This document shows, in pieces, positions 59,311 to 64,000 of a stretch of DNA of 64,000 nt. The notes under the pieces are model-generated. The model was not told the origin of the DNA and did not search any database. It was given only the letters and a program-made list of their open reading frames with translations. Position 1 is the stretch's first letter. Each line of letters starts with the position of its first letter. Origin of the DNA: Gammaproteobacteria bacterium (GTDB lineage: Bacteria > Pseudomonadota > Gammaproteobacteria > HK1). Both the position numbers and the translations under genes were made by a program. The stretch spans positions 2,795,288 to 2,859,287 of the forward strand of contig WLWT01000001.1 of the NCBI GenBank assembly GCA_012103455.1, in the 5' to 3' direction.

Positions 59311-60486
59311 ATGACCAAACTATTGTCTACCTCCCGCCGTGTCGAACAGATGCAAGCACCCGTTATTGCGCAAGTGGGCGCGTTGCTGGCGGCCCACCCG
59401 CGGGCTATTTCGTTGGGTCAAGGGGTGCCGTCCTATGGACCGCCGGTGGCGCTGTTGGCAAGAGCCGTGACACCGGAGGAGGACCCCTCGCGCCACCGCT
59501 ATCAGCCGGGTGACGGGATGCTCGAGTTGCAGGCCGTTTGGCGCGCGGTCATCGCTGAGGAGAATGGCATAGGCCTGGAGCAAGGGGACATGATCGTCAC
59601 TGCCGGCAGCAATATGGCTTTTCTCCAACTGATGGCCGTGGTCGCCGATCCGGGCGCTCAGGTTATTTTGCCGCTGCCTTATTTCTTCAATCAGCGCATG
59701 GCTCTGGAAATACTCGGTATAGAGCCGGTATTGGTGGCCACCGATCACGCATTTCAATTGGACCCGGAGCGGATCGCGGCAGCCGTGACCGCTAAAACCC
59801 GGGCTATAGTCACCGTGTCGCCCAACAATCCGACCGGTGCTGTCTATCCTGAGGCAGCGCTAAAGCAAATCAACGAGTTGTGCGCGGCCCGCGGCCTCAT
59901 TCATGTGAGCGATGAGGCTTATCAGCACTTTGTCTTCGAGGGTGCCACGCACTTCTCGCCCGCCAGTGTGAGCGGGGCGGAGGCGCACACGATTACGCTG
60001 TTTTCGCTCAGCAAGTCCTACGGCATCGCGGGTTGGCGGGTAGGCTGCGCGCTGGTGCCGCGGCGGTTGATGCATGACGTGCGCAAAGTGCAGGACACTA
60101 ATCTCATCTGTGCTCCGGTGCCGTCGCAGCGGTTGGCGGCGGTGTTGCTGGCTGAGGGCAGCGAGTGGCGCAAGGCGAAGGTGGCGCAGATCGCAGCGCT
60201 GCGCCAGCCACTCATCCGCGCTTTGGCCGCAATGAGCGCACTGCTTGAGGCGCCGGTTACCGAGGGCGCGTTTTATTTCATGTTGCGCTTGCCTCGAACG
60301 GGTCCCGATATGCCGTTGGTGGAGCGCTTGATACGCGAGCACGGTATCGCACTCATTCCCGGCAGCGCTTTCGGCGCGGGTCCTCAAATGCACTTGCGCT
60401 TGGCCTATGGCGCCCTGACCCGCGCATCGCTGGACGACGCCATGGCCCGGTTGCGACAAGGGCTGAGCGCGGCCCGGTGGGTTTAG
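59311..60486 (+). CDS. pyridoxal-phosphate-dependent aminotransferase (class I/II)
   Basis: PLP-lysine region FSLSKSYGIAGWRVGC. About 390 aa fold-type I pattern. Confidence 0.8.
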   Translation: MTKLLSTSRRVEQMQAPVIAQVGALLAAHPRAISLGQGVPSYGPPVALLARAVTPEEDPSRHRYQPGDGMLELQAVWRAVIAEENGIGLEQGDMIVTAGSNMAFLQLMAVVADPGAQVILPLPYFFNQRMALEILGIEPVLVATDHAFQLDPERIAAAVTAKTRAIVTVSPNNPTGAVYPEAALKQINELCAARGLIHVSDEAYQHFVFEGATHFSPASVSGAEAHTITLFSLSKSYGIAGWRVGCALVPRRLMHDVRKVQDTNLICAPVPSQRLAAVLLAEGSEWRKAKVAQIAALRQPLIRALAAMSALLEAPVTEGAFYFMLRLPRTGPDMPLVERLIREHGIALIPGSAFGAGPQMHLRLAYGALTRASLDDAMARLRQGLSAARWV

Positions 60487-60651
60487 CTCTTGATGCAACC
60501 GATGTCTAAGAATTCTTCCTGTAATCAGGCACAATGAAAGCACGGATGCAGCCCCCTTGGCCGCATCGCAAACGTATACTGTGGCGCCAGCGGAGCAAGT
60601 CCGCCAAAGCGATAGTCATGCGCTCGAACCAGCACACCCGGGTAACCTCCC

Positions 60652-61167
60652 ATGAGCACCGTTTTAGAACTGCGCGAGTCCAGCCCTCCTTTAGATATCG
60701 TCCAAGATGTCGCCATGGAGCTATTGCGTAGCCGGCGCACCATCCATGATTTCACCACCCAAGAGCCGCCCGCGGGGCTTATCGAAGAGGCGTTGGAGGT
60801 GGCCCGCTGGGCGCCCAACCATCACCTGACCCAACCGTGGCGTTTCTATCTGGTAGGGGCTGAGACGCGTGAGGCCATCGCCCGGTTAAACGGTGATATG
60901 GTGGCTGGTAAAAAAGGCGCGCAAGCGGGCGAAGCCAAGTATGAGCGATGGCGCAATATCCCCGGCTGGCTGGTGGTCACCTGCGAAAACCACGACGACC
61001 CTATACGCGCCAAGGAAGACTACGCCGCAACTTGCTGCGCTATACACAACATCACATTAAAAAATGGCCTCGGCCACCTTCGGTGCCCGTGGCTCAACTC
61101 AGGGGCTATTAGCTTAACCAAGTTGGTTTTGAAGTTGGCAAGCAGCTTGAAGTTTTACCGGGCATAG
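60652..61167 (+). CDS. nitroreductase-family protein (C-terminus possibly altered)
   Basis: LRSRRTIHDF...WAPNHHLTQPWRFYLV...IHNITLKNGLGHL is nitroreductase-like. The last ~20 codons are atypical and lower in GC. Confidence 0.65.
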   Translation: MSTVLELRESSPPLDIVQDVAMELLRSRRTIHDFTTQEPPAGLIEEALEVARWAPNHHLTQPWRFYLVGAETREAIARLNGDMVAGKKGAQAGEAKYERWRNIPGWLVVTCENHDDPIRAKEDYAATCCAIHNITLKNGLGHLRCPWLNSGAISLTKLVLKLASSLKFYRA

Positions 61168-61216
61168 GCCATCTGGTGATTACTTTGGCACCCGATAAAA
61201 CGCCTTGATTTTTTAC

Positions 61217-61249
61217 CAGCCCCAGCAATTGACTGGGGCTTTTGGGGCA
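61217..61249 (+). terminator. possible rho-independent terminator (ccagccccagcaattgactggggcttttgggg)
   Basis: GC stem agcccca/tggggct followed by a T-run. It lies downstream of the nitroreductase gene and overlaps the last attC. Confidence 0.35.
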
Positions 61250-61302
61250 TAACGCCAAGCTCAGCGGCGGTGTTAACCGTCCTCTGGAGTATTTTGTTAG
61301 GC
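61247..61302 (-). other. attC site 4 (56 bp; GCCTAAC ... GTTATGC in cassette orientation)
   Basis: Core, inverse core and central imperfect palindrome (gccaagctcagcggcgg / ccgtcctctggagt). Confidence 0.5.
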
Positions 61303-61321
61303 GTGAGTCCTCCCCCTTAGG

Positions 61322-61897
61322 CTATTTAAGTGACACCATTTCCCATGCTGAATGGCTTAATTTTGTACTTGTACAACGCTCCAATGATAAAACTCGCCAT
61401 CTATCAAGTGGTGAGTATGTTCTTGATGATTCACCACCGACCGCCAAACAAAGGTTACTTCCACGCAATTTTAGCTGTCCATTTTTCAAATGCTCAAACT
61501 TTTGCAAGTTTTGAGTATCAAAAAAGGAAACTCTATAGTCACATGGACGAAGTAATACTGCTGTCCCCGGTAAAACTGTATTGTTTACCCCAAATGCCGT
61601 AACACAAACTTGCGCACTTGGAAACAAAAGCTGACCTTTGCTGGTATAAATCACTGCACTATCAGGAGTTGGACCACTTTTGCAGTTGTGTGTAAATAAT
61701 GGAACCTCTAAACGCAAATTGGAGCCTGTGCCTAAAATATCAAAACAGTAACCATCCGTTGGTCTGTCTAAGCGATCTTTAAGACGCACATGAACTAAAT
61801 TATTCTCGTTTGCATAGGAAACAGCGACCATCCCAATAAATATTGGGGATGAGATAAAGCATATTTTCAATGCTTTTTTTATTAGTTTTGCAATCAT
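61322..61897 (-). CDS. integron cassette ORF: secreted protein with possible ricin-B (beta-trefoil) lectin-like repeats
   Basis: Signal peptide MIAKLIKKALKICFISSPIFIGMVAVSYA. Repeated motifs CFDILGTGSNLRLE / NLCLAVGG..., Cys pairs. Low GC (~40%). Confidence 0.55.
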   Translation of the reverse strand: MIAKLIKKALKICFISSPIFIGMVAVSYANENNLVHVRLKDRLDRPTDGYCFDILGTGSNLRLEVPLFTHNCKSGPTPDSAVIYTSKGQLLFPSAQVCVTAFGVNNTVLPGTAVLLRPCDYRVSFFDTQNLQKFEHLKNGQLKLRGSNLCLAVGGESSRTYSPLDRWRVLSLERCTSTKLSHSAWEMVSLK

Positions 61898-62000
61898 TTT
61901 GATACCTCGCTTTGAATAAGTGTTCTGTTATCTATATTGTTACCTCATCGTTAATACACAGAACAGAATATAAAACTAAACGGTCGCTGTGCGTTTAACC

Positions 62001-62072
62001 GCCTAACGCCGCCAGCAGGGGCAGACAAAACGCGTAGCGGTTTGGCTGTCCCTCTGGCTGGCCTTGTTAAGC
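62001..62072 (-). other. attC site 1 (72 bp; GCTTAAC ... GTTAGGC in cassette orientation)
   Basis: Begins 3 nt after the stop (62076) of the cassette ORF. Conserved central acgcgtagcgg element is shared with the other attC sites. Confidence 0.6.
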
Positions 62073-62075
62073 GCG

Positions 62076-62477
62076 CTATTGCTTCGAACGCTCATACGCC
62101 GCATAGCTTCTCAGTAGCTCTAGCCGCTCGACAACCTGTCCAGTAGTGGCGCCGTGTAGCTTCATTTTTGCCACCACCATCATGTATTTCCATGGCACGT
62201 AAGTATTGGCTGGATCACGATATAGATCGCTCATTACTTGGCTAATTGTTTGCGCATCACTCATTGGGATCGCATTTTCGTAGGACCCCGCGTTCTTTAT
62301 TTGCAGTTCTTCAAACAATAGCTCTTGGCCTTTGCTAGCACCCCAAACCCAGTAAACCTGACTATCAGTACTTACGCGAGACCAACTTTTCCCCGGATTG
62401 TATTCTTGGTCAGCAGACACAGATGACCATACGAACATGATCAATATCACGACGGGGATCGATTTTCTTCTCGTCAT
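62076..62477 (-). CDS. integron cassette ORF: small secreted protein of unknown function
   Basis: Signal peptide MTRRKSIPVVILIMFVWSSVSA. 133 aa. 5'UTR ~22 nt from the cassette boundary. Confidence 0.55.
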   Translation of the reverse strand: MTRRKSIPVVILIMFVWSSVSADQEYNPGKSWSRVSTDSQVYWVWGASKGQELLFEELQIKNAGSYENAIPMSDAQTISQVMSDLYRDPANTYVPWKYMMVVAKMKLHGATTGQVVERLELLRSYAAYERSKQ

Positions 62478-62498
62478 ACTTGGATTCTCGTTTTTAGC

Positions 62499-62570
62499 GC
62501 TTAACGGACAAGCTCAGCCGCGGCCAGAACGCGTAGCGGGCTGGCCGTCGGCTGGAGCGACTTGTTAGAT
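62499..62570 (-). other. attC site 2 (72 bp; ATCTAAC ... GTTAAGC in cassette orientation)
   Basis: Begins 1 nt after the toxin ORF stop (62572). Imperfect palindrome ggacaagctcagccgcggccag / ctggccgtcggctggagcgacttgt. Confidence 0.6.
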
Positions 62571-62571
62571 T

Positions 62572-62865
62572 TCACTTTCTGCGAGTCCTCCAGTATCCGG
62601 GCTCCCGGCTGAAATGAGCTACTGCAATTATGACTATTTCGTCTGGAGACGGTTCGTAGATAACGCCGTACCGGAACCCTCGAACTCTACAGCGCCGGAT
62701 GCCACCACCCATGTGGTGCCAGGCATCTGGGAATGCCTTGATGCGATCAATGGCCGCCCGAACTTCATCACGCAACCGATCGCCGGTGCCAGGTGCCTCA
62801 GAATTCAGTCTCTCAACCGCGTCCCGTAGTTCAGACCGGGCAGGACCAAGAAAGCGAACCTTCAA
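62572..62865 (-). CDS. integron cassette ORF: ParE/RelE-family toxin
   Basis: MKVRFLGPARSELRDAVERL...FRYGVIYEPSPDEIVIIAVAHFSREP is the plasmid-stabilisation ParE pattern. 4-nt overlap with the upstream antitoxin. Confidence 0.7.
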   Translation of the reverse strand: MKVRFLGPARSELRDAVERLNSEAPGTGDRLRDEVRAAIDRIKAFPDAWHHMGGGIRRCRVRGFRYGVIYEPSPDEIVIIAVAHFSREPGYWRTRRK

Positions 62866-63086
62866 TCACTTTTGCCCAGTTCCGCAAAGACCTCGTCGAC
62901 ATCGTAAGCTTCAAGCTCACCGCGACGATAGGCAGCAAGGCGATCTTCTGCCTCCTTGAGCCACTGGGCTTCGATTTTAGGATCCGGCTTTCCCAAACTT
63001 TCAAGCAATTCGTCCACTAGAACTGCCCGCTCACCGGCGGAGAGTTCTAGCGCATCACGAAGCAGAGATTCAGAAGACACGGCCAT
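62862..63086 (-). CDS. integron cassette ORF: addiction-module antitoxin (TIGR02574-like)
   Basis: ...LSAGERAVLVDELLESLGKPDPKIEAQWLKEAEDRLAAYRRGELEAYDVDEVFAEL. Confidence 0.7.
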   Translation of the reverse strand: MAVSSESLLRDALELSAGERAVLVDELLESLGKPDPKIEAQWLKEAEDRLAAYRRGELEAYDVDEVFAELGKSD

Positions 63087-63139
63087 GTTGCCACCTCGCA
63101 GCGTTGCTTAGTCCCAGCATAGCGATACCGAGCGGTGAA

Positions 63140-63211
63140 ATCTAACGGCTACATTCAATTGCGGGTGAACCGCGTAGCGGTGAAGCCGTCAATTGCAATG
63201 ATTTGTTAGCG
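63140..63211 (-). other. attC site 3 (72 bp; CGCTAAC ... GTTAGAT in cassette orientation)
   Basis: Same architecture and central gaaccgcgtagcgg element as the other attC sites. Confidence 0.55.
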
Positions 63212-63462
63212 CAGATGACGGTAGCCACACCAGGTGGTGCTGCACGTGATGAGGTGCGAACGGGGCCAATGATAATTGGACGTCGAACCCGCCGACGATG
63301 CACACCGAAGCCGTCTTCTAGGCCGTATTGGGTTCGACTCGAAGTCGGCCACCTACGCAATGCGTTACTACGCTTCCGGGGCAAGATCCATGCTCCTCGC
63401 TTTGTCGTCATCCCTCCGTGAGTGTGCATGCTCAAGTCCCTTGCCTTTGACCCGCTTGAAGG

Positions 63463-63690
63463 CGCTAACAGTATGTTACACAGGCCGCTGGCCTCTGTAA
63501 CATTATTATAGGGCGGCCCTATAATTTTCTGCAACCGCCAAGGCTACTCCCGTAACTAATTGAAATATAAAAAAATTTACCTACTTCGGACAATCAGCGA
63601 AAAACTATAGGGAATTGTTCCCTATAATTCTGTTGTATTTTTGCAACAACAAGCGTATCCTGCCCCCAACTTTCTTGAAAAGGATTTCGA
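63463..63690. promoter_or_regulatory. putative attI recombination site / Pc-P(int) region
   Basis: AT-rich region between intI start and first cassette. Candidate core cgctaac (63463-63469, i.e. GTTAGCG on the cassette strand) next to the inverted repeat atgttacacaggcc/ggcctctgtaacat. Direct repeats (c)cctataatt at ~63517 and ~63623. Confidence 0.3.
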
Positions 63691-63691
63691 G

Positions 63692-64000
63692 ATGACCAGA
63701 TCCCCTTTTCTGCTATCCATTGCTGACTATATGCGGGTGCGTGGTTACAGCAAGCGCACCATCCACACCTATATCCGGTGGATAAAATCCTTTATCATAT
63801 TTAGCCGAAAACGACACCCAAGCGACATGGGTCGGGATGAGGTCGCGGCTTACCTGACGTATTTGGCGGTTAAACGCAAGGTCTCCTCCAGCACACAGTC
63901 GCTGGCACTCAATGCGCTGGTCTTTTTGTATGACAAGTTTCTGGAAAAGCCTTTAGGCGATGTCAGCGAGTGCCATCGTGCGCGGCGTCAACAGAAGTTG
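63692..64000 (+). CDS. intI: integron integrase IntI (5' end, 103 codons; continues beyond the window)
   Basis: MTRSPFLLSIADYMRVRGYSKRTIHTYIRWIKSFIIFSRKRHPSDMGRDEVAAYLTYLAVKRKVSSSTQSLALNALVFLYDKFLEKPLG matches Vibrio-type IntIA N-termini nearly residue for residue (SQFLLSVREFMQTRYYAKKTIEAYLHWI...HPSLMGDKEVEEFLTYLAV...KTQSLALNSLSFLY). Confidence 0.9.
   Translation, partial: MTRSPFLLSIADYMRVRGYSKRTIHTYIRWIKSFIIFSRKRHPSDMGRDEVAAYLTYLAVKRKVSSSTQSLALNALVFLYDKFLEKPLGDVSECHRARRQQKL

Larger units (their letters stand above)
61247..63690 (-). mobile_element. integron cassette array (at least 4 attC sites / 4-5 cassettes) plus attI region, transcribed away from intI
   Basis: Four sites with RYYYAAC...GTTRRRY cores and internal imperfect palindromes (three are exactly 72 bp, one 56 bp), each beginning 1-5 nt after a minus-strand ORF stop, except the 56-bp site (about 20 nt after the stop). 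IntI N-terminus lies immediately adjacent and divergent. Confidence 0.75.

Noticed and set aside
63142-63534. 130-codon Arg-rich minus-strand ORF covering the first integron cassette and running through attC site 3
   Set aside because: Low-complexity, starts inside the putative attI, and crosses an attC. The first cassette may be ORF-less or encode a very small product. It is not called.

Overview
This window is GC-rich (about 60-65%) chromosomal DNA of the gammaproteobacterial type; the smc-zipA-ligA order is conserved. It divides into five zones.

(1) 1-8150: a decayed mobile and polymorphic-toxin zone. It holds a ParE/RelE-type toxin-antitoxin pair with a frameshifted toxin, a degenerate rhs orphan module (RHS core, pretoxin-HINT domain, C-terminal toxin) with an immunity gene, a primase N-terminus truncated by that orphan, an XRE regulator, a DUF433/DUF5615 pair, and a low-GC IS630 element whose transposase carries an in-frame TGA.

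(2) 7306-15582 on the minus strand: a 2476-codon rhs gene with a long leader and Sec-like signal, a catalytically dead transglutaminase-like domain, YD repeats, the RHS DPxGL core, a pretoxin-HINT domain and a C-terminal toxin with its immunity gene. A 1-nt frameshift sits in the HINT domain. A third HINT-end remnant is cut by IS630. The CT-switching breakpoint lies exactly at the conserved VWVHNC motif.

(3) 16412-25507: a divergently oriented 3031-codon secreted giant protein. It combines a prenyltransferase-like toroid domain, Ig/cadherin-like repeats, an embedded degenerate cyclophilin domain, more than 12 tandem ~95-residue repeats, four FVNT..NDAP modules and a C-terminal dockerin. Downstream of it lie an IS3 remnant and a frameshift-riddled amino-acid ABC operon, then a flotillin gene and hyuB/hyuA.

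(4) 37.7-43 kb: an IS and MITE junkyard. It contains an IS3 orfA fragment, a duplicated hyuA 5' fragment split by a 2.5-kb insertion, a methyltransferase interrupted by an IS5-family element, a three-copy MITE family (one copy carries a nested second MITE with a 9-bp target duplication, another disrupts a GST gene), and a degenerate transposase remnant.

(5) 43-61 kb: backbone genes (ttcA, a PduO-type adenosyltransferase, a DUF427-adenylate cyclase, an L,D-transpeptidase, gluQ, cysZ, smc, zipA, ligA, a Nuc-like PLD protein, an aminotransferase, a nitroreductase). At 61.2-64 kb there is a chromosomal integron: a Vibrio-type intI 5' end, an attI region, and at least four 56-72-bp attC sites. The cassettes encode a ParE/antitoxin pair and two small secreted proteins, one of them ricin-B-lectin-like.

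No rRNA, tRNA or CRISPR was found by eye.
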